A DNA stretch of 64,000 bases from the human T2T-CHM13v2.0 reference genome, Homo sapiens, in NCBI RefSeq assembly GCF_009914755.1, contig NC_060931.1, one strand, 5' to 3'. Positions 44,110-57,609 of this stretch are shown here, piece by piece; position 1 is the first letter of the stretch; each line of letters opens with the position of its first letter. A model generated the notes under the pieces. That model was not told the DNA's origin and ran no database searches. It saw only the letters and a program-made list of their open reading frames with translations. Both the position numbers and the translations under genes were made by a program.

Positions 44110-45235
44110 TCAGAGCTTTAAAAAACTTGAGATGTATTTCATGTACTGCAAAATTTACCCTTTTAAAGTGTACAGGTCAGTGATTTTTAATATATTTCAC
44201 AAGTTTGGGTTACCATAACCACTATCCAATTTCAGAACATCTTCACCCCGCAAAAAGAAACCCCGCATTTCTTAGCCTTCTCTCTCCAATCCCGCATCCT
44301 CCTTAGTTCTATGCAACTACTAAGCCACTTTCTGCCTCTATAGAGCTACCTTTCCTATAAATTTTCTATAACTGAAATCATATGATATGTGGCTTCTTTC
44401 ACTTAGTGAAATGTTTTCAAGTTCATCCATGTCATAGCATGTATCAGTTTTTCATTCCTTTTTATTGCCAAATAATATTTCATTGTATAAATATACCATA
44501 TTGTATTTATTATCAGTTGATGCATTTAGGTTGCTTCCACTGTTTGTCCATTTTGAGTAATTCTGCAAATGAACACATGCATAAAAGCTTTATGTATAAT
44601 GCTTTTGTTTGTCTTAGATATTGATATAGTTTGGGTATTTGTCCCCACCCAAATTGCATATTGAAATGTAATCCGCAATGTTGGAAGTAGGTCCTGGTGG
44701 GAGGTGTTTTGGTCATGGGGTGGATCCCTTATGGCTTGGTGCTGTACTTGCAATAATGAATGAGTACTCACGAGATCTGATTGTGTAAAACTGTGTAGCA
44801 CCTCCCCTCCCCTTGCTCCTGCTTTCACCGTGTGAGATGCCTGCTCCACTTCACCTTCTGGCATGCCTGAAAGCTCCCTGAGGCCTCCTCAGAAGCTGAG
44901 CAGATGCCAGCACCATGCTTGTACAGCCTGCAGACTGTGAGCCAATTAAACCTCTTTTATTAGAAATCACCCAGTCACAGGTATTTCTTTACAGCAGTGC
45001 AGGAGCAGTCTAATACAGGTATATACCCAGAAGTGAAATTGCTAGGTCATATAGTAACTCTATGTTTAACTTTTTGAAGGACTGCCAGATTGTTTTCCAA
45101 AATGGCTGTGCCATTTACCTTCCCACCAGCAACGTACAAAGTTTCCAATTTCTCCAAATCCTCACGAACATTTATTATTGTCTGTCTTTTTTATTATAGC
45201 CATCCTAGTGGGTGTTAAGTGGTGTCTTGTGGTTT
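44110..45235 (-). mobile_element. L1MB-like 3' end, split by an MST LTR
   Basis: aaatttacccttttaaagtgtaca...ccaatttcagaacat; tatatacccagaagtgaaattgctaggtcatatagtaactctatgtttaac. Confidence 0.88.
44622..45017 (+). mobile_element. MST (MSTA/B-like) MaLR solo LTR
   Basis: tgatatagtttgggtatttgtcccc...gagccaattaaacctctttt...ctaataca; 5-bp TSD gatat/ggtat. Confidence 0.9.
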
Positions 45236-45547
45236 CTTCCATTCTTTGAAATTTATGAATATAAAGTAATTACATAATTCTATAAGAGCAGTTAATCAGC
45301 AACAGATGTAGCATGTAATATGTGAATATGATTTGGTTTAGGCAGCCTGCAAGAACAGAAGATAGAAATAAATTTGATCTTATATATCCAAGACCTTGAA
45401 TCAAAAGGAAAATATTATTCTCCCATAGTCAGAGAAGGTGGGAATGCTTCCCTGAGGAAGTGAATCTCCTATCTGTGAGAAGCAGATGAGGTTGCTTAGG
45501 GTGCTCCAAAACCATAAATGTGTAACAATGTGATCACAAACAAAACT

Positions 45548-45634
45548 GACAGGGTTTGCCATATCATTCCTCACTCCCAGGAAGGAGAAAATGGACAGGG
45601 TTTGCTGTATCATTCCTCACTCCCAGGAAGGAGA
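45548..45634. repeat. 46-bp tandem duplication
   Basis: gacagggtttgc(ca/tg)tatcattcctcactcccaggaaggaga occurs twice. Confidence 0.92.
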
Positions 45635-48427
45635 CGTTAGCATAAGCCAGAAAGGATGGAGGGATAAATGTGGCAGGAGGAAAAAGTGAAGCCATCTTCT
45701 TAATACATTTATGGTTCCATTTTATTTATGGAAATAATTTCCTATGACCAGAAGACAAACGTTGGTCTGAGCCCTACAGAGGAAAGCATAGTTATGTTTT
45801 CTCTCTTTCTTAGAGACAGTTATGTTGGCCGTGGGTCAGCTTGCTTATCCTCTATTCTACTGTATAATAGACTTCCTTCTGCAATCCGACAGCACCCACA
45901 GATCTTTATTTTCTCATTGCCTTGGCTTTGTTGTTTTCTAATAAATGATCACAACATGGCAAAAGGAACAGTAATGGGTATTCCCGTAGAATTTTCTTTC
46001 TTTGTGCAGCCACCATATTAGCAGACGTCAGCATATTTTTAATAGATGTGTTGGTAACTAACTCCTATAACGTCACAATGATACAATACTCAGAAGCAGG
46101 ATAAATTTCCAACATGATGCAAATGAATTCCATTTTCTCACCTCCACCTTTCTTACAAAACTGAAGCACATGGAAGTCAATAAATATATCTAAAGTCAGG
46201 AGACAAGGTAGTTCAAAAAGTTGGACTTGAACTGGGTTTTTAAACTCTTAGTCCAATGTTTTTCTTGTACAACAGACTGCATATGCATTATGGCACAGTA
46301 TCAGATCTTTTCAAATATTAATATCAATATTATTTTTCACCTCTATAGCATAGCTAGCTTAATATTGGTTTCTTAAAATGTGAGTTTTTATTTTTAATTT
46401 TTACCTTGAGTTACTGTCAATGCTTATTGATAGAGAGTACTGAGTAGCGAAGTTCAGATTCATAAAAATTAAAAGAATAATTTACATAATCATAAAGCTA
46501 TTTTAATATACATCTTTCCATTTATTAGTGATAGCTTAACTTCTTTTGGAGAAATCACCATTTGTTTTACAACTTACTTATTTCAATTTAAATAAATAAA
46601 TGAAGAGATTTCTACTAATAAATGTATCAAAGTGATGATTTTGGCATTTTCTAGACTCCTAGTGCCAAAGCACAGGTACAGACCTGACAGTGTCCACATT
46701 ACCAGTCCCCTGAATCATTTACCTTCAGATATTTAAGGTGCTGAACCCTGTATGCCGATGCCCATAAACTCAGCTTTTCTAGCTTATCACAAGCACTGTA
46801 AGTACAAGTGATTTTTTCTTAGAAATTATACTCAGCTGTTCGTACTTTGTGTTTACATAGGTGTCTAGGTAGTTATTTATTCATGCAGGTGGTAATAACT
46901 AGAATTCTTGCTGTGGTGAATTATAATTTATCATAGACCTTCACATAAACAAATTCATTTCGTTTTTCAAAATGCCTGTCTAAGGTGGACATTATTGTTA
47001 CTTCTGTTTTTTATAGTTGAAGGCCAAATTAATTATGTGATCAGCCTAAACAGCAGAGTCAAGATGTGGGCCTCAGCCTTGTTAACTCAAAATTCTCTGG
47101 AAAAATCTCTCTGCTGTACCCTCAGCCGCCCAAGTGCCAATGAAACACATCTTACTAATTCTGTACTTCATGTTTTTGTACATTGTTTCTAGTTCAAAAA
47201 TAGTTTTTTCAAAGAAGTCGTCTTTAAGCCTATCCTACTCTAGCTTCTTGCCATGATATATGCACTCAATATTTATGCTTGGTTTGATTAAATCATTTTT
47301 CATGTGTTGACATGCTCTTTATAAATTTTCTTATGTTAATTAGATGTATTGCTTTACAGACATAAAGAAATTTTCCATTTTTATTATGGAAGATAGAACG
47401 AAAATAGTTGGTCATTTTGGTGACTACAATAGCAAGCTTATTTGGAGACAAGTTCTCCATGGTATTCATCAGGTAATTAATTTCTTTTAAAAAGGAACTA
47501 ACCAGTATATAGCATATGTAATATTCTAACAAAAAGCAACACTGAAAGATTTTATTGTAAAAATTAAATATTTCTTAAAAGCTTTGGCAGCTGGTTGAGT
47601 AATATTTTAAATGTAAAACGCACACTTAAATTTTATCAATGGATTTAAGTTACAAAGGAAATTCCAACTACAGTTTTAATGGAACTGAATTTTATGATTT
47701 TAGGAATGCTTAATTTTGTGTTACTACCTCTTTTTATTCGTACTAGAAGCATTACCAAACTATGTTATTTGAAACCTGCAGTATGTTCCATTTGAGGTTT
47801 TTCACTAGCAAAGTGGCTTTTGGAAACCTCACCTAGATGAGAATTCAACATCTCAATAACAGCCATTGAAAAACAACTGCTTCAGAGTCCTAGCCTTTTA
47901 GCTGGGTACTGTAGATTGTTTGAAACCTGCACAATCACTCAGGTCTCTTTGACATTGTAGATTGACTCTCCTCATGCATCTTTAATGCATCCACTTTTTT
48001 CTGAAAACTGCTCGGAAAGCTTGACCTTTGAGATATAAATGAGTAACATTCTTATAGGAACTTGTTCCAAATAATGGTCTATGCTGGGTCTAGTCAATTA
48101 GACTAACACGTCAACCTTTATCTTAAATATCTGCTTAGTCGCTGTCTTTGTAGATGTTTTTTTCATGAATGTAAATCCTAAAAGACAGATATAAATCTTG
48201 AAAACTTGAACACGGCATGTATTTGAAGGTTGCCACTGGCCTTCATCACAGAATCATCTAATCAGGTTCAGGTTAACTTGGAGGAAGAATGCTGGTGAAA
48301 TAGAGCAATTGATCATACATATCACTGTTACACCAACTGGCTTGTCAAATCTACCAATTCATTTATCCTATTCCATTTTTTTCTCTCCAAAATAGTATAC
48401 CTAAAAATTAATTAAATAAAAGCATTA

Positions 48428-48430
48428 TGT

Positions 48431-48461
<31 letters not shown>
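48428..48461. repeat. (TG)n microsatellite
   Basis: Read directly from the sequence. Confidence 0.9.
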
Positions 48462-48462
<1 letters not shown>

Positions 48463-49375
48463 CAGATTTCTAAATTATGGAAACTATATTAGTGATGTGT
48501 ACTGTCAGAATAATAGGAAATTCTTATGGCCAAACGTTTCACTGTCTATATTTGTATGTACAAATATATTTTTGATACTGTTCATGAACACCTCAAATAT
48601 ACATTGAATATTGAATATTTTTCTTTTTTGGATATTAATCCAGAAAGGCTACAATTAAAATAATAACAGAAAGACATACAGAGTCACAAAACTAATAGAA
48701 TCAATTAAATAGTTACAGAATACACAGACTATCAAAGTAAAATGTAATTGTTTCCCTGTTAAGCAAATAAAACAATAACTAAGCAAGAGTGATTTATATA
48801 GGAGAATCAGATTCCAAGTGTTATAACGCTTAATGTAAACACCATGAGATACTCTAGTATTTAATGATTCCAACTATATTGTTAGCACCTCTCAACTTAT
48901 GTGCATATGTTTGAAAGTCATCCAGCTTTCTTTTTGTACAAAGTTGTGAATGAAAGTAAGGGATGAAAGGGAATAAGACAGCATAGGGAAGAAGAAAGGG
49001 ATGTAGTAAGGGTGGAATGGGAGGAAAGAATGGGAAGGAGTGATGGAAAGAGAAGCATAAAAAGAAAGAGAGTAAAGGTAGAGACTTACAAATTTATAGG
49101 CATATGAGGCATAGGATATGATTTTCTGATACCCATGATTTCTCTAAACTTCAGAATTTAAATGCAAATGATTAACATAAAAATGTAGAATAGCTGGAGG
49201 TACATTTCTAACATGGACTTAGTGAAAACATGCTGGGTGGGCCCAGCTATTTTAGTGCATTCAACTTAAGTCAAATTGTGTTTTCTTTAAAATCTTTGCG
49301 ATGCTAAAAATAATAACCATGTTTACTAATGTGTAAATTTATCAAAATGGTCAAATAATTAAGGACTTAATGCTA

Positions 49376-49697
49376 CATATTAATCCCTTTTCACACTGCT
49401 ATAAAGAACTTTCTGGCACTGGGTAATTTATAAAAGAAAGAGGTCTAATTGACTCAGTTCTTCATGGCTGGGGAGGCCTCAGGAAACTTAAATCATGACA
49501 AAAGGGGAAGCAGGCACCCTCTTCACAAGATGGCAGGAGAGAGAAGAACAAAGGAGGAACTTCCAAATACTTCCAAAACCATCAGATCTCGTGAGAACTC
49601 ACACACTATCAGGAGAACAGCCTGGGGGAAATTGCCTCCCATGGGGATTACAATTCAAGATGAGATTTGGGTAGGGACACAGAGCCAAACCATATCA
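49376..49697 (-). mobile_element. THE1 (THE1D-like) solo LTR with a short internal deletion
   Basis: cacactgctataaagaact...ggggaggcctcaggaaactta...gacacagagccaaaccatatca; TSD tgcta/tgtta. Confidence 0.9.
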
Positions 49698-50277
49698 TGT
49701 TATACTACAGTTTATAGTCAACTAAAATCTATGAACCAATTAACTGTTCACTCATAATGAAAATGGAAGAATCAAAAATACCCTAAAAAGTCTGGTCTTT
49801 TCTTAGAAACTCTGTAGTGCTCTAGTTTATGCCATAAGTTAGTTTATGCCATAATTGTCAAAGATGTCATTAACTCTACACACAGGGACACTTTTCTTTT
49901 ATTGCTGCCATAATTTTATAGGTCAGCTACCGTCTTTTATTTCCAAAATAAACTGATACATTTTCAAAAGTGTAATTAGTAATTTCAAGTAGTAATTTTG
50001 TTTAGTTCACTTAATTTTTTTTTAAATTTAGGTGCTTATAGCATAAAGTATACATTATCAATTCAACATTTGGCTCCCCAATGTTTACCAAGTGGGAATT
50101 ACCAAACATAAATTAGTCTAAGATACCTTTCAACATACAGCATTCTGATAGAACTAAATGGTCCTACATATTTGTGCTGTTTTGGAACTTTAGTTAGTTA
50201 AATCTATATAATTGGTTTTTTAAAATTGCTTTCAAAGGAATACTCATACAATACGTTGAGTATGATCAAGCCATGTA

Positions 50278-50455
50278 GAGTTGCTTATGTTTTAGTGCAT
50301 ATCAGAGTCTCCTGGAATGCTTGTTAAAACACAGATTCCTAGAGCCCAGCCTCAGACTGTAACTTCATAAAGTCTGTGGTGCGCCTGTGAATGGGACTTT
50401 CTAACAAGATCCCAGGTGATACTGATGCTGCCAACCTGCTGACCACACTTTATGT
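50278..50455. mobile_element. MER5A (hAT-Charlie MITE)
   Basis: gcttgttaaaacacagattcct...ttctaacaagatcccaggtgatactgatgctgc...gaccacacttt. Confidence 0.85.
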
Positions 50456-50649
50456 GGAGTCCAGAGTATGATTCAATCTATTTAGAGAAATGTTTTCAGC
50501 TGCTATCTAGTTTATTCTTTAGTTGAGGAGCAAATAGTGAGATGCTGCATCTGAAAATAAACCAGGACAGTTTCTCCTTTTTGTCTTGGGGGCTCTGTAA
50601 TTTGTAGGTGAATGTTACCAACATCAAAGAGCTGAGGCTTGTCACCATT

Positions 50650-50880
50650 ACTTAGTGGGAAAGAATATGCGATTTGCAAACAGACAAGAGTTTAAATCTC
50701 AGCTTTAACATTTATTAGCTGTGTACCCTTGGGCAAATTATTAAAACTTTCTGAATCTCCTTTTTTTTTTCATTTGTATGGTAGAAATAATAAGACCCAT
50801 GTGAAAATGTTATCATAAACATTTAAGAAATTAACTGACGTAGATACATTATGAAAGCTATAAAGCACTTAACCCATATC
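50650..50880 (+). mobile_element. MIR
   Basis: gtttaaatctcagctttaacatttattagctgtgtacccttgggcaaattatt. Confidence 0.8.
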
Positions 50881-50899
50881 CTTTGAGACTTCGTTCCAT

Positions 50900-51960
50900 T
50901 CGTTATGCCCTCTATTTCTCCTACATTTTCAACTTCTCCATCTTCACTGGCTCTGGCTCTATGCCAGAAAGCATACTTTGTCCTCCATTTTGAAAATAGT
51001 TCTCTATGACACCATGTAACGGCTGACTTCTCCCCCAAGTCTGTCTCATAAGTAACCTTTGAAAAATTACCTACACTCACTGTCTCTAGTTCCACATTGC
51101 TTAGTCATACACTGAAGTACTATAGCTGAAATTCTGCCTCCACCACTAAAATGAAGTTGCCTTCATAATGATCACATTGACTTTGTAAGTGTTAAATTAA
51201 TCCTTATCACATGTGATGTCTCCCAAACATGTGACCCCTGGTCCTAAGTTGGGATGGCATGGCTCACCAATCACTTGCCTTGGAACTTCCTCGCAATCTC
51301 AGCTCAAGCAACACTGCTTTCTTGGTTTCTCTTTTCCTCACTCTTTGCTGGCATTTCTTTACATCTTGCCTCTATTTTCCCTCAGTCTGCACACTGTTTC
51401 TGGGAGATCTCATCCTTACACATGCCTTATGCATCCCTCTCATCCTTACACATGCCTCACACATCCCCTCTTGTACTTTGACAACTCCTCAAATCTACAC
51501 ATCCAATTCAAACTTCTCTCCTAAGTTGCAGATCCACCCAACTTCCAACTGAATATCTAACTGATGCCTAACGCTAAATTACACAAAACTAAACATTATG
51601 ACATACACAGAATATGCTCTCATATTTTCTGCATATTCACAAAGGTGAATAGAAATTCCATGCTCCAGGTTTAAATGGTTATCCGGGAGAATTCCTGTTG
51701 TGTGGAAGATGCTTTGCCCTTTCTTCATCTGGAAATCATTTTTCCATCCTTTAGGTCACAGCTTAAACATGATTTTCCCAGGAATTTTTCTCTGACCACC
51801 CAAGGAGCTTCTACTGTATTTCCTTAGAGCCCTGCACCTCACCTATGGCAGAGTTCCCTGGACATTGCCCCCATTACACTGTAAGTCACATGGAGTAAGA
51901 GTCCAAACTATCAGTACATAGATGAGCATACGGCATATCATAGGTGCTTAAAAATGTTGT
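50900..51960 (+). mobile_element. L2 fragments
   Basis: gacaactcctcaaatctac...ctctcctaagttgcagatcc; taggtgcttaaaaatgttgttt. Confidence 0.6.
51408..51470. repeat. 30-bp tandem duplication
   Basis: tctcatccttacacatgcct(tatg/caca)catccc occurs twice. Confidence 0.88.
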
Positions 51961-52976
51961 TTGACTCCCTTTTCCAAAATCATTCAGGCATTCAACCAGT
52001 AATAATAATGCCATTGTTCTTCTGGGTAGCAGGTAAGCAGAACAAAGTGCCTGCATCCCGTGTCAGAGAAAGATAATAAACAAGTTAAGACAAACAAGTA
52101 ATAAATAATCACAAAATTTCAGTTACTATGAAAGAGAAAGTATTGCACTGAAAGAACCTCCTGTAAGGAGAGATGTGGGGAAGTCCAGAAAGTGAAGGAA
52201 ACTATAGCCTGGGGCAAGGCTGAAGAATTAAGCCAAGTCCACTCCTTGAAGAGACAGGCTGTCAAATACAAATACTTTTCTAAATTGTATCCAATAAGTT
52301 TCAATGTTCTAGTAATTGTTCAGGAAAGAGTCTCACCCTTGTATTTTTTTCTTCAGTCATCTGAATTCTATATGGCAATGTATTTTTAGTTGTACTTTAA
52401 TAATACCTGTATAATTTCTAAAAATTAACTTTTACATATTAATATTTTGCTAGTAATCCGTTTGTTTATATCATTTTTAACAAAGCAAAGAGCCTTGAAG
52501 ATATAGCCATGTTTTTTAGTAAATACATCAGAATAGTCTGTCAATATAATTTACATATAAAATCTCTAGTAGATGTATAATAAATTAGATTTATGTGATC
52601 ACTTTAATGAAGAAAAAAATCCTATATGCTTATGGTGTCAATGAGAAACTGAAGTACAAAAATGTTATTTTCCAAAAGTAATTTATTTCAGAATAAATTT
52701 TCATTAAACAATATTGAGTATCAAAATCTAAATTTCATTTTTATTGTAAGTAGTACAATAACTTTAATTAGTACCAGCTGTAATCTAAGTATCACTTTTT
52801 TTTAACTTTGCTGTAAAATTTACAATATAGGTTTATCTTACACATGAGTATCAACTTCAGAATAGGACATTTCTAAATTGCAAGTCCAAAAAAAGCTTTA
52901 AATATTTAATGATTGTTGCCTATTTAAGTCATCTAAGTTAATGAAATGATTGATGGTTTAAAATAGGCAATTTGTA

Positions 52977-53140
52977 TCAGGATTTCTCAATTTTGGTACA
53001 TTTTGGGCTTTCTAACTGCTTGCTGTAGGAGTCTTGTGTGTTATAGGATATTGAGCTACGTCCCTGGCCTCTATCCACCAGATATTGTTTGCAACTCCCA
53101 GGCCCCCAAGTTGTGACAACCAAATGTCTGGTTGACAACT
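52977..53140. mobile_element. MER20-like fragment
   Basis: caggatttctcaa...tccctggcctctatccaccaga...gttgtgacaaccaaatgtct. Confidence 0.7.
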
Positions 53141-54206
53141 ACATGTGGATGTGTTTCAGCAACTTGAGGCTTCAGTTTTGAAATATAGCATTTCATTCTT
53201 TCTTAAACAAGTGGATGTCCCTATTTTATGCCATTAGTATCCAGTACAATCCTTAATGAGATCTGTTATCTTTATGTGTCTGAACACTGAAGTTGGTTGA
53301 TTCTTTTTTTGAAAATGACTCAGGTTTTGTTGAATTCACTGGTTGTCTGTCTTGATAACAGCATGATAAGGACAATTTTTAAATTATTGTTTTTCCTTAA
53401 TTATATTTATAATTTGTGATTGTATGAAATTTAGAAAACTAAATAAAGCATAAAAAAGCTTCCACAAATAACTACATTTTAGCATTTTAAAATATTTGGC
53501 TTGTCTGCATATGTTATTTATAAAATTGGGAAAATGCTATATGCAATTTTGTGTTTATAGGTTGTAGTCTTCTATTAGACTTAATGTCATATTTTGTGCA
53601 TTTGCCTGTGTCATTAAATATTCATTGAAAACATTAATTTATTGTCTTTTTATATACTATAATTAGGAGAGATGATTTATTAACCTACCCTTCTCAGAGG
53701 GTACTTTTTCTCATTTTTTAAATGACAAAAATCTAAGAGCATTATGCAAATAGTTTAATACATAATCATCTAATGTTCAGTTTTTGAGGGTTGGCTTTCT
53801 TATTTCTATGTAAAAAATGCAGATTTTGAGGCAGCTTTCCTTACAATTCATTTTTGATTATTTTCTTTTTGGTCTAATATTGACCACAGCTATATAAAAA
53901 ATAATATATATATTATTTATATATATATATTTATTATTTCTGTGGCAGAAAAATCTGAAAGGAAATCTACACACAGACACACATTCACACGTTGCCTCTA
54001 ATTTCAGAATTTTTTTTTCTGCATTTACAGGCAAAAGAGATTGGAAAAAAGTTTTTCTGTTTCCTAGTCACAAATTCTTAAAAAGTGACCAAAAGAGCAA
54101 TAGCTTCCCTAATGAAATGATGAGTTAGTTACAGTCTTCCAATAATTGTATATATACTGAAAGGTAATTTGATCTGCTTTTCACTTAAAATTAGTGTACG
54201 AGAATC

Positions 54207-54768
54207 ATCCATCTATCCACTCCTAGGTATATACCCAAGAAAAATAAAAACATATGTCCACACTATTGCTTGTATGTGAATGTTCATAGCATCATTACTC
54301 ATAATAGTCCAAAGGTAGAAACAACTCAAATGACTATCAGCTAATGAATGGATACACAAATGGGGAATATCCATACAATGGAGTATTATTTAACTATAAA
54401 AGAGAATAAAAAAGGACAGAGTACTGATCCATGCTACAACATGGATGAACCTTAAAAATATTATGTTAAGTGAAACCATATTGCATGATTTCATTTGTAT
54501 GAAATGTCTGGAATAGGCAAATCCATAGAGACATAAAATAGACGAGTGGTTTCCAGGAGAGGGTGGAGGGTTGGTTGGAGAGTGACTGCTAACAGGAGTG
54601 GGGTTTCTTTGTGGGGAACAGGGGGTGATGAAAATGTTCTGGAGTCAGAAACTGATGGTAGTTATACAACACTGCAAATATAGTAAAACCCACTGAATTG
54701 CACACTTTTAAAGAAGCAGATTTCATGGCATATGAATTGTATCTCAATAAAAATAAACAAAAAAAATC
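54207..54768 (+). mobile_element. L1MB-like 3' end
   Basis: tccactcctaggtatatacccaaga...atgctacaacatggatgaacctt...gaattgtatctcaataaaa. Confidence 0.9.
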
Positions 54769-57609
54769 CATCTATTATTAATTTTCCAATAAATACCTGA
54801 GGTGGCTATGCTGAAAGAAGTAGAGAATCATATTGATGCCATCTCCAAGAAAGGAGAAAACTCTAGTTGATAAAGAAACTAGAAATCTATCTCTCAGTTC
54901 AGAAGAAAATATTTTAAAAACTCTCTGAGTCTTCATTTCCAATGCTTTAACCAAAGGAGCTTGGTAGATTATTCAAAGTGCCTATCTATAAATATCTCTA
55001 GAAGTAACTGTTCCCCCTGGAAACTTGAGGTTTTAACCACAAATTAAAGTCTAGCATAAAGTTATATCAGGAGCATCACCTTCCATTTTCTGAAAGAATA
55101 TATTTCTATAAACACTGTCTCTGGGGCAATCACATGACCATTGTCTTTCAAATACAGTATGAAAGCAATAGTGCAATATTTCCATTTTACAAATCTATTA
55201 CTTTATCATCTGCTAATATTATTCTGGTTACTCTGGGTCAGAATATAAACTGCTCTCCCTTGCCAGGATTTATCTCCATTTTAGTGAAAGAATCAATAGT
55301 AGTTCTATCATTTTAATAAATTATGGGGGAGAGAAGGTCAGCTCTAAACACATAACAAAGCAATTAATACTCCCCTCTCAGTTTAAGGCCTTGGATGATA
55401 CGAAGTTATTTCAGTTTCTAAATCATTGTAATGTATTGTTGAAAAATTCTCCCAAGGATTTAAATGCTGTGAGAAAAAAGGTAACAGTATAACTTTCAAA
55501 GGATGCAAAAATAAAACATAAGGCCTATTGCTGTCAACTAACCGGTATGGGAAACCACTGTGGATAGCTGAAGAAAAATATCATATTAATGTGAAATGTC
55601 AAAGGGAATGGATAGAAAAATCTTTGATCAACCTGTTGTTAAACACAGAGTTTGAACATCTTTCCAAACCCCATTGCTGACCTTGTCCTTGACTGATTCC
55701 TCACATTGCAATGGGTGCTATACCTACACAGGAAAGGACTAATGAGCTATAGCATTTAAGCTGACATTTAAGAACAGATTGGGTCAGAGGGGAGAGTGAC
55801 ATCATTTGCAGGTGTACAGTAGGGCAACGTGAAAAAGGAGATGTGGAAAGATATGGAAAGGCAACAAAATGTGGCAAAGATACTTCTGGAAATTTTCAGG
55901 TAAAACCGTTGGTAGTATGAGTGATATGAAATATTACTGAATTGTTTACAACAAATCTTATTTACTATTCAGTACCTTTTAGGTTTTAGAAGTAGTGAGA
56001 AATGATAATCTTTAATATAATATGCCATTTTGACAAGGTACCATGATGTGTTTACATTTGTCATGCTATGCCCCAGTGAACATGGGGAAGTAATGTCAAT
56101 CAGATTTCAAAAAGAAAAAAAAATGAAGAAAAAACAAGTTCTCCATTAACCATACAATCTGGAAGAAAAGAATTGGAGATAAGCTGGAAACAAATATGCC
56201 TTTTTCAAAGTGGACTAAATTTAGTTATACTTGCATCTCATTTCTTAGGCTTAATACACCGCAATTTTTAACACACTATTCATGTGTTCTAATCATGTCA
56301 GATGGGTGGGTATATAGCAAGTCTTCATGAGAAATATAGAATGCAAACAGTGTGGCTGTCTTCACGCTCAGAGTTGCCTGTACTCTTGACTCCCAATTTA
56401 TCAGCTTTTAATTGAAATAGATAATGTTTATTGCTGTAGGAATAGTTTATCTTGTGAAGATAACATTGATGTTACCAAGAGAACAAGGTAAAAAGCACTT
56501 CACCAATGACTGGGTTCCTAGACGTTCTTCTTTGAAGTGATAATTTCCTAAAATTCATTCAGCTTATTTATCCTAGCACTACTGTTTATTAAACTGCCAT
56601 GTGGAACTGACGATAACTCTGCAAAAACGAATCAGTTATTTAGATATAATTTACAAGATGGTCTCTCAGCATTTTTCTCCAGAGTCAAAACACTTGAGTG
56701 GTAGGGAATATTTATATCAGTAATAGTGGCTCAGGAAAGTACTGAAACTCTATGGGATGAAGTAAAACTCTTTCCACGTGCATATATTAAAAGCTTTTCC
56801 TTTTATTTTCCTGGTAGGGGAAGGGTTTACAGAGAAGAGGAGCTTAGCTAGCCTGGAAAAGCTCCCCAGGTGGTCCTTATATAGGTCCCAACCCCAACTT
56901 TCTCCCTTCTTAATGATTCTCACTTTAGAATACTTTGTTAAAATAGCACTTCTGCTATTTATAATTGACATTCTTATAGACAAAAGATAATAGGTAGTTC
57001 AAAAGTTGTTTTAAAAAGATATTTATACAATGGTAACTCTCCTTATAATTATCTGCGTTGAAAAGAAGAATCAAATAATAAAATCAAAAGTAATTTACAA
57101 GACATCTCATAATTAATATATTCATTTATTGAGTAACTTCCGTATGCTAGATGCTATTTTACATATTTTAGGAATACAAATATGCCTCATACATGGATTC
57201 TACTTTTGTAGACATTATAGTTTAAGAAGACAGCTTATAAATGCACATAAATGATCACTCCATAAACTAAAAAGGCTCGTGGCTTGCGAGGGGTACTAGT
57301 AAAATAAAAGTTTAGAAGAGGAAGAGACTATTAGATAATAAAGGGTTATTTTATAGGGCAGACCTTAATTCATACATGTGTCAAAATAATGTTAGTGTTT
57401 TTAGATCTTGTCAAAGTGTTCCCAAATTGAACCCATAATAAGGCAAAGTATGTGAACTGAGCCAATGATAAATCCATGTAATGTGAACTGTTTACAAATG
57501 ATTCGAGGTACAACCATGAAATTTTATTTTGCATAGTAGAGTTAAAAGATCTTGTACTGGAGATAAATGTAAGACATTAAACATATCTGTGATCTTATCT
57601 ATCTACATC

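Noticed and set aside
51213-51552. Three overlapping ORFs in all + frames
   Set aside because: Pyrimidine-rich L2-derived DNA plus a 30-bp duplication lowers the stop-codon frequency.
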